This document shows, in pieces, positions 28,999 to 42,183 of a DNA stretch of 64,000 nucleotides. Positions within the stretch are counted from its first letter, which is position 1. Each line of letters opens with the position of its first letter. The translations under genes and the position numbers were made by a program. The stretch is from Octopus sinensis (lineage: Eukaryota), in assembly GCF_006345805.1 (NCBI RefSeq), contig NC_043019.1:8245360-8309359 (forward strand). Direction: 5' to 3'. The notes below the pieces were generated by a model. The model had not been told where the DNA came from and did not search any database. It saw nothing but the letters and a program-made list of their open reading frames with translations.

Positions 28999-30026
28999 GT
29001 GAATTGCAATATATGTGGTGCAACATGTCACATATATCGACAAGATACAAACTATTTTAAGAATATTTTTAAAATCCAAATATTTCATCATAAAAATAAT
29101 ACGTTATTATTTTTAAAAACGAATGGCTGCAGGGGTTCATGTAATGAAAAAATGGAACCAAATGCGTCAATAAGTAAAAAAAGAGGTACGGTTGGGTACC
29201 ATCGATAACAGATAATAATCACATCACGAGTAGGAAAAACTGCAACAAACGCTACACCATACAATGCCACATAATTCTGCTACGCCCGAATAATGAACAG
29301 AAACAAGAGAAAAACCAGGTTTCGAAGGATATTAGCATTGACACATAGTACTGTAGACACAATCATTAAATGACATTTCTTGTTGGCATCTGAACTGTAC
29401 GAACGACAGGAAATTATTCATTCGGTATTGAAATGTCTAAATCCCCAGCAGGCTGAAGATTCGCCTAAGAGATTTTCAGAGGAGGTGGATAGAGTTGTAA
29501 TGTCATGCGAGGAGGGTGGATAAAGGTGATGGAACATGTACCAGTAAGCTGTTCGTGTTAATTACAGCATCATTCAAAGTTGGTCCGCCTTCTGATTACG
29601 TTCAACCCACAGTTACAAAAACGAAGTGACGAGGTGATGAAGGGAGAATGCCTCTGAGCGTTATCATCATTTTTATCATCATGAACACCACAACCATACC
29701 CATCAGCATAACAACAACAGCAGCGAAATAAAAACAACGGAACCAGCAAATATTTTAAACACTTCAATTTTAATAGTAGTCCTGACAAAAACGATTAACG
29801 AATCCGACGCCATGCGTGAAGGAGTAGCAATACGCCCCCTCATCTTAACTCAGGATATTAGGGTTAAAAGATTTCTGCAATTTGCACTCACTTTCCTTGC
29901 AAATCAACTATCGTAAAGGATGGAAGAGAATATGAGAATTTCTATATTGTATACATATGGACACTCCTGCATATACCCTCACACACGCACAGGCACACAT
30001 ACGCACACAGCAAACATAATCAAACA

Positions 30027-30200
30027 TACGAGGGGGTGCTGAAAAAGTTCCTGGTTTTCGGTAAAATAAAATCCAGGAAGATCAGTTAATTATGATTTTA
30101 TTCAACATTTTCCCGTTTCAGATTCACATTTCTTGTATCGGGTTTTCTAATACCTGTAAAAATCCTCGGAAATTTAGGCTTCTAAAAAGGTCCTTTGACA
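30027..30200 (+). mobile_element. Mariner-like left end (TA plus TIR), truncated
   Basis: ta|cgagggggtgctgaaaaagttcctgg resembles mariner TIR starts; no right TIR seen. A weaker similar stretch lies at 16066-16115. Confidence 0.5.
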
Positions 30201-30502
30201 GGAAACTAGCTTCGCTGTTGGACGGTTATATCTCCTGTCATTATATGAAAATTATATATATATAAATGAATACATATATATGTATGTATGTATATATATA
30301 TATCCATATATGTATATATGTATATACATATGCACATATATATATATATGTGTATATATAGATAGATATATGTATGTATATATACATATATATATACATA
30401 TATATGTATGTATGTATGTATATATATATATATATACACATTTTTCTGTAAGCAACAGGTAAACTTACGACATGTATATCTGTGTGTTTGTGTGTGTATG
30501 TG

Positions 30503-30544
<42 letters not shown>

Positions 30545-30959
30545 ATATATATACTACACTACACACACACAACACACAGATATACTATCGTAAGTTTACC
30601 TGTTGCTACGAAAAATGATGTCAGCAAGATGCGAAAACTTTTGAATATTCACAATGAATATATCCTGTTAGAAATAGAGACAAACAACGTCGAAATCACG
30701 AAATGAGATATCACTTTGTGATGTACATGAAGATACTTCATGATTATGGATATAATAATTTAGTTCATCGATAAACGTGATCAGGGCTTAACCCAGGTCA
30801 CAGCAAATGAAGAACAGCAACAACAACAACAACAACAACAAAGCCATGATATGTCGAACGCTATTGTGAACCGAGTCATTTGTATAACAAAACACAAGCT
30901 GATATTTGGATATTAATGTACACAAACCGTTATGCCGATGGAAACGTCGATAAACACAA

Positions 30960-31023
30960 ACATATAATACGTGCATACATATATATATATATATATATAA
31001 TATAATATATATATATATATAGA

Positions 31024-31080
<57 letters not shown>

Positions 31081-31098
31081 TTATATATATAATATATA

Positions 31099-31145
<47 letters not shown>

Positions 31146-31243
31146 TATATATATTATATATAATACATATATATATATATATATCATATATATATACATA
31201 TATACATATATATATACATATATATATACATATATATATATAT

Positions 31244-31294
<51 letters not shown>

Positions 31295-31297
31295 CTA

Positions 31298-31339
<42 letters not shown>

Positions 31340-31455
31340 ATATATCTATATATATATATTACATATATATAATATATCTATATCTATATATATATATATC
31401 TATATATATACATATATATATTATATATATACATATATATATATATAGATATATC

Positions 31456-31493
<38 letters not shown>

Positions 31494-31530
31494 CATATAT
31501 ATATGTACATACATTGATATGTAGATATAT
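30960..31530. repeat. Very long interrupted (TA)n array, about 570 bp
   Basis: Direct inspection. Confidence 0.95.
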
Positions 31531-32358
31531 AAATATATACATGAAAATATATGTATGATTGTGTGTAAGAAAAAAAAACGAGAGAAGCAGTGATATATAG
31601 AAAGGAAACATTTAATCTTCTCTATGTATTCTGGGTATTATAAACACATATTGTAAATATATTTTATCAAAGGAAAAATATACTATGCATAATTTTAATC
31701 TCGTTAGCAGTTTTCAAACACTTTCTATATTGAATTTGAAGACAAAAAATCCTGAAATATATTTATTCGTTGAAAAAAAAATTTGAGAAGACAAACATAG
31801 TGAAATAACTAAATATTTCTTCCTGTCTATTTGGTTTGGATATAATGGATATTGTGTTTTCTATAAAAAAAAATGTATATTATTGTATGGAAAATGAAGA
31901 TAAAGAAAAAAACACAATTGCAAGAACAGCCTCCGAGGAGGAAAATTAATACAGCAGCGAACAAAGGAAGATGGCGTATAAATAAATATAATGGCTCTGC
32001 AATAATAATTGTACGGAGATAGGTATTTGCGATATAAATATACATATATGAATTAATATAAGGTTATATAGTCTAACTGAATTAAAAAGAAATCAAGGTA
32101 AATATATTAAAATGAATCTATTTTATGTTATTGAATTATAGTATACGACATTACATAACATTATATAATATTATATTATTTTGCAATATATATTTAAATA
32201 TGTTTTATTTTACCTCTGGGTGAAATTGCTATTGTTATTCTAATATAAAGCTAACTATCACAAAAGCTTAGATGTGCCCTGTAATCGCAAGACATAAATA
32301 TTATATATGTGTTTGCATACACACACACACACAACCAATACACACACAACACACGCAT

Positions 32359-32431
<73 letters not shown>

Positions 32432-33196
32432 CACGTCAATGTGTGTGTATGTGTAAAATGCTGATACGCCTAAACCGTTGATAGGACGAGAGAATATCTC
32501 TTCATTGACTGGTGTTTTAGAAAAGAAGTATTTTAATGTAATAACTACAATTCATGTGGGTATATAATTTATTTCGTTTCATTTGTTCTTCAGTTGAAGT
32601 AGTTTATTATTTTATTAATGAGCACGTAGGTCAATGAACTGCTACATGCTCTCGGTAAATTTTAATTGCGTATTTTAATATATTTATTTTCAGGTCATTT
32701 AAATAACTCCCATTACATAATAGTACGTTAATTTATTTTGGTCTTCCAGTAATTAAAAATATATTCTAGAGACCACTAAATGGTGAAATGTCTGCAGATT
32801 TATAGCTGTCTGTTGCAAGTAATTCGTCATTTAACATACACTCTACGGAAACACGCTCTATGACATATTCGGGGTACTACGTATATTTTAGTCTCCGAAA
32901 TAAATGAATTTCTCCCACAGCAAAGGTACACTTGGCGACATAACCTGTGAAATCTGAGATGTTATTTGACGCTCAAGACTAAACTTTTTTATTCGCTAAC
33001 ATTTCTCTTTGAGCATATCAAGTTGCAATTCTTCTATCCTTTTCCTGCAATTCCTGTACGAGGTATCTCCGAATTTCAGTGGCGTTTCAAGAAACTAATA
33101 GCATACAAATGCGGCAATAATCGTAAAGGAGATCTCAGACTGATGCAGAGAAAATACATCCTTACATAAACACACACACATACATATATACACATA

Positions 33197-33361
33197 TACG
33201 ACGGGCTTCTATCAGTTTCCTTCTACCAAATCCACTCACAGGCTTTGGTCGGCCCGAGGCTATACTAGAAAACACTTGCCCGAGGTGCCACGCAGTGGGA
33301 CTGAACCCGGAACTATGTGGTTGGTAAGCAAATTACTTACCACACAGCCACTCCTGCGCCT
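33197..33361 (-). mobile_element. SINE family A head
   Basis: Reverse-complement homology to 58482-58650. Confidence 0.8.
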
Positions 33362-33379
33362 ATATATATATACATTCAG

Positions 33380-33555
33380 TGAATGAGTCTGCTGAAATGA
33401 ACCGATAGGTCCATATATAACGTCCACAGGAGCATCTTCTTTTCCCTGCTGCAATTTTGATGTACACATTTGTAATTATATGATTGAGTGTTATTTGAAA
33501 CGGGCGTAAGTAGCAAAGACGACCAATTTGTTGATAATAAATAATTGTTAACATC
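33380..33555 (+). repeat. Old interspersed repeat, second copy at 59425-59610
   Basis: Shared blocks ctgctgaaatga..gataggtcca.atataac and agcaaaga.gaccaatttgtt..a.ataaataat.gttaac. Confidence 0.65.
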
Positions 33556-33856
33556 CTTATTTTTATTTTCAGTCATTATCTGCATATTCTTTCTTCTTTT
33601 AACTATATCACACGCACATACATATGCATATATATGCACATATATATACATTTGCATATATTATATATATTATATATATATATATTATATATATAATATA
33701 TATATATATATACTTGCAAATGTATATATATATCTGCATATGTTTTAATATATGCATATATATAAACGTATTGAAATAAATTATGTATTCATACACATAT
33801 ATGCATATTCATATGCAGATATATATTATACATGTATTTATAATATACATAAATAC

Positions 33857-33908
<52 letters not shown>

Positions 33909-34041
33909 AGATAGATAGATATACTAGACAGATATGCATATATGCACACATCTATATATATATAATATATAATATATATATATATATGTACATACAAAAT
34001 ATATATATATATATATATATATGTACATACAATATATATAG

Positions 34042-34099
<58 letters not shown>

Positions 34100-34530
34100 G
34101 GTCTTTGTATATAAGCCATACAAGCATCCCAACGTACTGTATTTACATCTGTTTCCTGAAACATGGGCATGAATGCCTGACGGGCACTCTACATCCCTGC
34201 CCCCATAAAAAAAACAGCGCACAATTCACTGACATGAACTAGAGATTTATAAAACAAAGTTCCAAAACAGAAACTCTGTAAATATGCTGACCATATGTGA
34301 AAACTCTAAATTTAATCAATGCTCGCAAAATAAGCAGCAAAGAAAAAAAAAATTACTCATTGAATGTCGAAGTGTTAGTCTTAAGTTGTCTGTGGAATGT
34401 TTATTTTCCTTTGCTTATATTTCATGTACATAAAAATAACGTAAATCATATTAACTCTTGCCTTTTTATATGGCAGTTTTCTATCGCAATCCTTCTTATT
34501 CTCTTTGGAAGTATATAGTGTGTGTGTGTG

Positions 34531-34581
<51 letters not shown>

Positions 34582-34582
34582 C

Positions 34583-34613
<31 letters not shown>

Positions 34614-34651
34614 TATTGATAATTATAATACATTGATAGATAGACAGACAG

Positions 34652-34711
<60 letters not shown>

Positions 34712-35596
34712 CATATATATAGATAGATAGGTAGGTAGCTAGACAGACAGACACGCAGATAGATAATAATAATAACAATAATAATAATAATAATAGTAAT
34801 AATAATTATAGTAATAATAATAATAATAATGATAATAATAATAATAATTATAATGATGATGATGACACCAACAATAGCAACATCTACAAATAGCCGTGAG
34901 GGAAGTAAGAATCTACATGTCTGGTAGAACAATATGTCACTTACTAAGCCACAGACAGTTTACTTTGTAAAAAAAAAAAGAAAAGAAATAAGAAGGAAAA
35001 GGAGAGGAAGAGAGAAAGACTGTGCGTCCGACTTTAACTGTAAGCAAACATCGGTTTATCGGAGAATTTGTCTGTGGCTAACGATAAAATTGTGTGACAT
35101 TGTATTGTATAGCAATGGAGAAAGACTGGTGGAGAGTTTATAGTCAACAATTCACTTTAAATAAAACGTTGAGTAAATAAAATATCAATTAAGTTAGAGG
35201 CCTCAATCTGAAAATCTCGGCAATGCTAAACTTCTCGATGCATTTATTTCTCCATTTAAAACGCATTCTTCGTCTTCCAATTACCGCTCTCACATTTATG
35301 GAGGTAATTTCAGTTTTCGTAAGCTTTCCAACACTTCGGCTTCTTTTGTGAGAGCACAATGTAAACTACATCGAATATGTATATGTGTGTGTATGATATT
35401 TTGTTTGTGCGTGTGTGTTTTTTTCTGTGTATATGGTTTTGTGTGTGTGTGTATCTGTGTTTGTGAGTGTGTTTAACACAAACTGAATTTGGGAAAGTAT
35501 GTAGCATTGTGCATGAGTATCTATAAATATATATATATATTCCTATACACTTCTACAGCAGGAGTGGCGGTGTGGTAAGAGTGGCTGTGTGGTAAG

Positions 35597-36007
35597 CGGT
35601 GAGCTGGCAGAAATGTCAGCACGCCGGCGAAATGCTTAGCGGTATTTCGGCTGCTGCTACGTTCTGAGGTCAAATTCCGCCGCGGTCAACATTGCCTTTC
35701 ATACTTTCAGGGTCGATTAATAAGTACCAGTTACGCACTAGGGTCGATGTAAACGACTTAATCCCTTTATCTGTCCTTGTTTGTTCCCTCTATGTTTAGC
35801 TCCTTGTTGGTAGTAAAGAAATAGGTATTTCGTCAGTCTTTACGTTCTGAGGTAAATTCGGCCGAGGTCGACTTTGCCTTTCATCCTTTCAGGGTCGATT
35901 AATAAGTACCAGTTAAGCACTGGGGTCGATGTAATCGACTTAATCCCTTTGTCTGTCATTGTTTGTCCCCTCTATGTTTAGCCTCTTGTGAACAATAAAG
36001 AAATAAG
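35597..36007 (+). mobile_element. SINE family B with duplicated body
   Basis: Head plus two tandem body units joined at taaagaaataggtatttcgtc (about 35815-35832). Confidence 0.85.
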
Positions 36008-36027
36008 AGGCTTGCTTCTTTAAATAA

Positions 36028-36195
36028 GATGTATATGTCGATGGACGCCAATTTACTTCGAAAGATGTCTTGTGGACGACCATCAAAGCTGCCGCAGAGG
36101 CAGTCTAACCTGGTACTATTAAGAAATTGACAGATTCAGGGACCAATAGGGTTTTTCATGCCATCCATTTAAATGGCGCTCATGTGGTTAAATAA
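36028..36195 (+). mobile_element. Tc1-like transposase C-terminal relic
   Basis: DVYVDGRQFTSKDVLWTTIKAAAEAV*PGTIKKLTDSGTNRVFHAIHLNGAHVVK*, matching the Tc1 C-terminal pattern VY..GRQF.S..L...I..AW..I.....LV.SM..R...VI...G. Confidence 0.7.
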
Positions 36196-36204
36196 TTTGG
36201 GCAT

Positions 36205-36312
36205 CCCGAGGTTATAATGGGAGACAAATGCCCAAGGGGCCACGAAGTGGGACTGAACCCGAGACGTGTGGTTGGGAAGAAGCAGCAATGTTCGTACCAC
36301 GCAGCCACTCCT
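36205..36312 (-). mobile_element. SINE family A head, partial
   Basis: gtgggactgaaccc...gcagccactcctg homologous to 33250-33361. Confidence 0.65.
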
Positions 36313-36330
36313 GTGGCTATACACACACGC

Positions 36331-36365
<35 letters not shown>

Positions 36366-36440
36366 TATATATATATATATATATTTATACTATATATAGA
36401 TATATATATATATATATTATATTTATATATATATATATAT

Positions 36441-36476
<36 letters not shown>

Positions 36477-36749
36477 AACGTAGAATGATAAGCGCTGAAA
36501 TGTGTGATGAAGAAAAGAGATGAAAAGAGCTGTTGAGATGAAGAAAAAGAGAAACAAATAGCTGGCACATACATACACGCATAAATGCTGTGCTAGGGCG
36601 TTTGCGTCAGTACATGCATAGGTTGTGTGGTGTGTGTGTGTCTCATCGCTTCCGTATAAGTATGCATTCGTGTGAACGTGGATGTGGCTTGTACGTCTAT
36701 ATATATATATATTATATATATATATATAATATATATATATATATCGATA

Positions 36750-36804
<55 letters not shown>

Positions 36805-37544
36805 TATATAATTATATATATATAATACATATATATATACGTATGTATAAATAGTTGCTTTCATGTTCGTGTTGAAACGAATTTGTTCGTCACGATCGAT
36901 CGGTGTAGAAGAAGAGACAGTGTTTTCACCAATTTTGTTTTATTTCGTGTCTTCTGTTTACGTCTGTTGCGCGTAAGTACGCGCGTGTGTGCCTATGTGT
37001 GCGTGTATACATGCATACATACATACATACATACATACATACATACATACATACATACATACATACATACATACATACATAAGCATATATATGTCGATGG
37101 ATGTATGTATGTATATGTATGTATTTCTCTTGCGTGAAAGAGATTGTAAGTATTTGGAGTATAGTATTACAACGTGATTGATCGTTTTATAACATAAAAT
37201 GAAAGCACATTTTGTTAGGTGAAGTGATGTTGAAGGTGTTCATGTCTTTTGTCAATCAACCTAGTTAGTGGCTTTTGTAATTGATTTCACGATTTCAACA
37301 TATTAACCGTTTCTATAGTGCAATTAAGCATTGTAAATATAAACACAGACATTTTCTTTGTATCTTTGGATGTACGACTGTATGTATTTATGTCAATAAA
37401 AATGTAAGTACGTATTTGTGTCCGCCTGTGTGTGTATGTCTCTATAAATGTAAGTCTATATATACAATTTTAATATGCATATACACATGTATGTACAGAT
37501 ATGCATATATATATATATATATTATATATATATATATATAGTAT

Positions 37545-37575
<31 letters not shown>

Positions 37576-37771
37576 CATACATACATGCATGCACGCACAT
37601 TGCACACACATGGACCGTGCGAGTTTCATTTGCGTGGAACTGGAACATTTTGTAGTGTTTTGGCCATCATGAATGTGCGTAAATGACAAAGACGCGTTAT
37701 AGGCAGAATCGGAACAAAAGAAAACTCAGCGGTCCTCAGATCACTCGACAAGACTCCAGTTTTATTTTCAG

Positions 37772-37900
37772 GCGTCTGCAGCAACCTGAAAATAGTGCTG
37801 AAGGTATCAAAGCAGCCACAGCGGAATGTTATATACGGTTGATGGACAACGGATACACTTTGGACTGGAAACGAAGCAAGGACGATCATGTACACCGTAG
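37772..37900 (+). other. Candidate spliced exon (unconfirmed)
   Basis: ttttattttcag|GCGTC...CGTAG|gtaata; 129 bp, one open frame RLQQPENSAEGIKAATAECYIRLMDNGYTLDWKRSKDDHVHR; no recognised homology. Confidence 0.3.
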
Positions 37901-38040
37901 GTAATATTTAGATAGACGAGATATATAAGAGGAATTCAAGGAAAGTTCTTTTATAATATTACTTATTCGTCTAGCTACAATTGGGAAGTGAATGCAAAAT
38001 CTTTTGACCGCAAGCACCAACACGAAAATGAAGTAACAGT

Positions 38041-38232
38041 TTCTACTAAAGGAACAAGCCCTGAAATTTTGCGGTACGCGGATAGTCGATTACATCGACC
38101 CCAGTATTCAACAGGTACCTAATTTATCGACCCCGACAGGATGAAAGGTAAAGATGACCTCGGCGGTATTTGAACTTAGAAGATAACAACGGGTGCAGTA
38201 CCAAGAAGCATTTCGACAAGCGGGCTACGACT
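38041..38232 (-). mobile_element. SINE family B, diverged
   Basis: gtcgattacatcgaccccagt...tttatcgacccc...ctcggcggtatttgaac. Confidence 0.7.
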
Positions 38233-38817
38233 TTTATTTCTTTTTTGCCCACACACATATACACCTTCAGTAGAAATATAAAGGTAATCTAATATGGTAG
38301 GCAAATGAATTTGTCAGTATATCAGACGTCTACCCCTCAGAATGGAAGAAACATTTACACCCCTGGTACCGAACATGGAGCATACTACCCACCGGAGCGT
38401 GGTGCTGTAATCGCACTGCACATGGTTCTCATTAAAGTGCTTTACTGTTTCTTCTTAATCAATCATATTTATTCCTTACTCAGCCCTTGATAAAAGCGTA
38501 ATCTGTAGATTTCTCTGAAGAAATCTTTAAACTAAAATTATCATTTCTTTCCCAACAACGTTTGGTATATACATTTATGGAAATAGTTGAACTTGGGGCA
38601 AAATAAGTTGGAAACGCTGAGTTAGGCCCTATAAGATTCTATATATTATATATATATATTATATATATATATATATATATATCTTTTAGATTTAGTATTT
38701 AAGATTCTAGTTTTGTTTTTAATAATTTTTTCCAACAATTTAAATGAAATTACATTAGCAAAAGAAAAAGAAAAAAAGTCTAGCTTCTGTGTTGCTACAA
38801 TATACAGATTGGATAAG

Positions 38818-39030
38818 AAGGCGGCGAGCTGGCACAAACATTAGCACGCCGGGCGAAATACTGAGCGGTATTTCGTCCGTCTTTACGTTCTGAGTTCAAA
38901 TTCCGACGATGTCGACTTTGCCTTTTATCCTTTCGATTTCTTAAATTAAGTAGCATTTGCGTACTGGATTCGATCTAATCGACTGGCCCCCTCCCCAAAA
39001 TTTTCGGGCCTTGTGCCTAGAATAGAAAAA
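38818..39030 (+). mobile_element. SINE family B with alternative 3' end
   Basis: Head as in other copies; ends gactggcccctccccaaaattttcgggccttgtgcctagaatag. Confidence 0.8.
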
Positions 39031-39661
39031 AAAACATAAAAGAATATACCGAAAGGATATTCTGAACACAGCTGAGATACAGATGCTGATAGTGTAGGAA
39101 GCAAACAGAACTCATTCTTAATGTCTCTTTTTCATATATTCTTCTTAGACACACACTTATATACACCTATGTAAGCACTTACAAACTCCCGTATTTGTAA
39201 TAAATATTGGCATTAAATGTCGCCTATGGAATTATTATACAAACTATATCATTATATGTGACAAAAAGCAATTTATTTTCTAAGATATTGAACGTGCATA
39301 TATTTAGATATGTATACGCATATATAAGCATATATAAAGACATATTCATATAAACACATATATATGGATATATCCATACATACAAGTATATGTGTTTATA
39401 TAAGTATGTATATATATACACACACGCATAAGACACACATCACACATATACAGACACATACACACACACATATATATATAAGAGAAAACGTATGCATGAG
39501 AAATTATGCCTGTGTAGTTATATTAGATTATATCATTATTACGCCTCCGCTTCGTGGACCACATAATGTACTTAGGTGTATCAAAATTACACAATACAAT
39601 TACACACACATTCGCACACACAGTGCATGTCTGTTTGTGTGCGGACGGGTGTGTGTCTGAG

Positions 39662-39693
<32 letters not shown>

Positions 39694-40511
39694 TAAATAT
39701 AAATATACCTATATATTATATATTATATATATATATATACATATAAATATATATGTATATATATATACGTATATATATATATATATATGTGTATATATAT
39801 ATGTGTGTGTGTGTGTGTGCGTGTGTGTGTGTGTTTGCGTGTGTATACATACATATATATATATACATTTACGTAAATTAGGAATTCTTTCGTATCTTTC
39901 AGTTTTCCCTGATTCGCATTCCTTAAGTAAATAAATTATAGATAGGAGACTTATATGATTTTGATTAAACCGTCTATCTAAAATTAAATCAATTCCGTAA
40001 ATTTCCTATAACGTAGGAAGGAAGCTGCAAAAAACTCAGAATAAACAAATAATAAAAATTCCAAATAAATATTCTGGCACGTAAAAACACAAATAAAGAA
40101 TTTTAAAAAATATATAATTATTACCGATAATTATTTGGATTATTAATCATAAACTGCTAAATTAAATCTCATATTTTCCTTAATCACAGAGGAAGGGAGT
40201 GGATAGAGAAAGAAATGGTTTGTGCTATTTTCATTTGTAGTTTTGTTTTCGTTTTTTAGTTTCGTATGGTTTGTTATGATCATGGGAGCGATCATAGGTT
40301 TCATGGTGTGATACGCTTGGAAAGAGGGTAACTGTAATGGATTTCATTCACATATATCTATGCACATATATACACACTCATATATGTGTATTTATTAAAG
40401 TGGATGGGTATATATATATATATATATATATAAATGGCTTCCCACATATATACAAACATACTTCGTATATGGTTGCACACACACATGTGTATATAGAAAT
40501 ACACATATATA

Positions 40512-40554
<43 letters not shown>

Positions 40555-40982
40555 ACATACAGGCACACACAAACACACACATACACACATATATATATAT
40601 ATATATATTATATATATGCGTGTATATATATGCATATAAATATATATATATATACATATATAGATCTTTAGTTAAAAATATTTAGTTAAATGCATTATAT
40701 TATATTATATTATATATATATATATATGTGTGTGTGCTTATGCCTGTGTAGACGTACCAAAGAAGGACACTGAACTCATCTATTGGGAGTGAGATTTACA
40801 GATCAAAAACAAATTCCTTAGTATTTTGAGTTTCAAAGCGCGATGTAATTCCTCAGCCATTCCAAATTTGAATCACGCATTGAATCATAAAGTACCAAGG
40901 AATTGGAATCTAAATGTTTTTCATCCATGTATATATATATAAATATATATACGCGAGAAAGAAGCAACAAGAATGGATAGGT

Positions 40983-41073
40983 TTTTAGTACAATCGTTTC
41001 ATACAAGGACAGGCTTTATTAAATGTTGCAAAAATTACAGCATATAAACGTGTCCCGTACTCATCAGCTAAAA
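40983..41073 (-). ncRNA. Type I hammerhead ribozyme motif (copy A), near-palindromic stem III
   Basis: Minus-strand RNA: UUUUAG CUGAUGA GUACGGGACA-(39 nt)-UGUCCUUGUAU GAAA CGAUUG UA CUAAAA. 6-bp stem I, full CUGAUGA and GAAA core, long stem II (G.U closing pair), ACGAUUGU stem III, GUA triplet. Predicted cut between 40989 and 40988. Confidence 0.8.
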
Positions 41074-41373
41074 TACATGTGAGTTCTCTAGACATCCTAG
41101 TGGTTCAGGCTATACTCATGAAGTAATGTAGATAATTAAGTAACATAAACAGATTTCCAAAGTTCATTAAAGTTCTTTAAAGATGATGTACAGTCTTATC
41201 ACAGAATTTTAAAAAAGTTTTAATAGCATCACAGAGAAGGTGACCTAATCCATAGTGTAAATATATATGCATTGTGTATCTATCTATCCTCCATCAATCT
41301 CTCTCTCTCTGTATATATATATATAATATATATATATATATGTATACATACAGGCACACACAAACACACACAT

Positions 41374-41412
<39 letters not shown>

Positions 41413-41770
41413 TGTATATATAGCATATAAATATATATATATATACATATATAGATCTTTAGTTAAAAATATTTAGTTAAATGCATTATATTATATTATA
41501 TTATATATATATATATGTGTGTGTGCTTATGCCTGTGTAGACGTACCAAAGAAGGACACTGAACTCATCTATTGGGAGTGAGATTTACAGATCAAAAACA
41601 AATTCCTTAGTATTTTGAGTTTCAAAGCGCGATGTAATTCCTCAGCCATTCCAAATTTGAATCACGCATTGAATCATAAAGTACCAAGAATTGGAATCTA
41701 AATGTTTTTCATCCATGTATATATATATAAATATATATACGCGAGAAAGAAGCAACAAGAATGGATAGGT

Positions 41771-41861
41771 TTTTAGTACAATCGTTTCATACAAGGACAG
41801 GCTTTATTAAATGTTGCAAAAATTACAGCATATAAACGTGTCCCGTACTCATCAGCTAAAA
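41771..41861 (-). ncRNA. Type I hammerhead ribozyme motif (copy B, duplicate of copy A)
   Basis: Same sequence as 40983-41073, in the second unit of the tandem duplication. Predicted cut between 41777 and 41776. Confidence 0.75.
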
Positions 41862-42043
41862 TACATGTGAGTTCTCTAGACATCCTAGTGGTTCAGGCTA
41901 TACTCATGAAGTAATGTAGATAATTAAGTAACATAAACAGATTTCCAAAGTTCATTAAAGTTCTTTAAAGATGATGTACAGTCTTATCACAGAATTTTAA
42001 AAAAGTTTTAATAGCATCACAGAGAAGGTGACCTAATCCATAG

Positions 42044-42100
42044 TGTAAATATATATGCATTTGTGTATCTATCTATCCTCCATCAATCTCTCTCTCTCTG

Positions 42101-42131
<31 letters not shown>

Positions 42132-42183
42132 AGAGAGAGATTGATGGAGGATAGATAGATACACAAATGCATATATATTTACA
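42044..42183. repeat. 140-bp near-perfect palindrome
   Basis: Arms 42044-42100 and 42127-42183 (57 bp each, 1 mismatch) around a 26-bp (TA)n centre. Confidence 0.9.

Larger units (their letters stand above)
40551..42100 (+). repeat. Near-identical tandem duplication, about 790-bp period (40551-41311 and 41342-42100)
   Basis: Both units start gtatacatacaggcacacac and end ccatcaatctctctctctctg. Visible differences are small indels; junctions fall in (TA)n. Confidence 0.9.
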
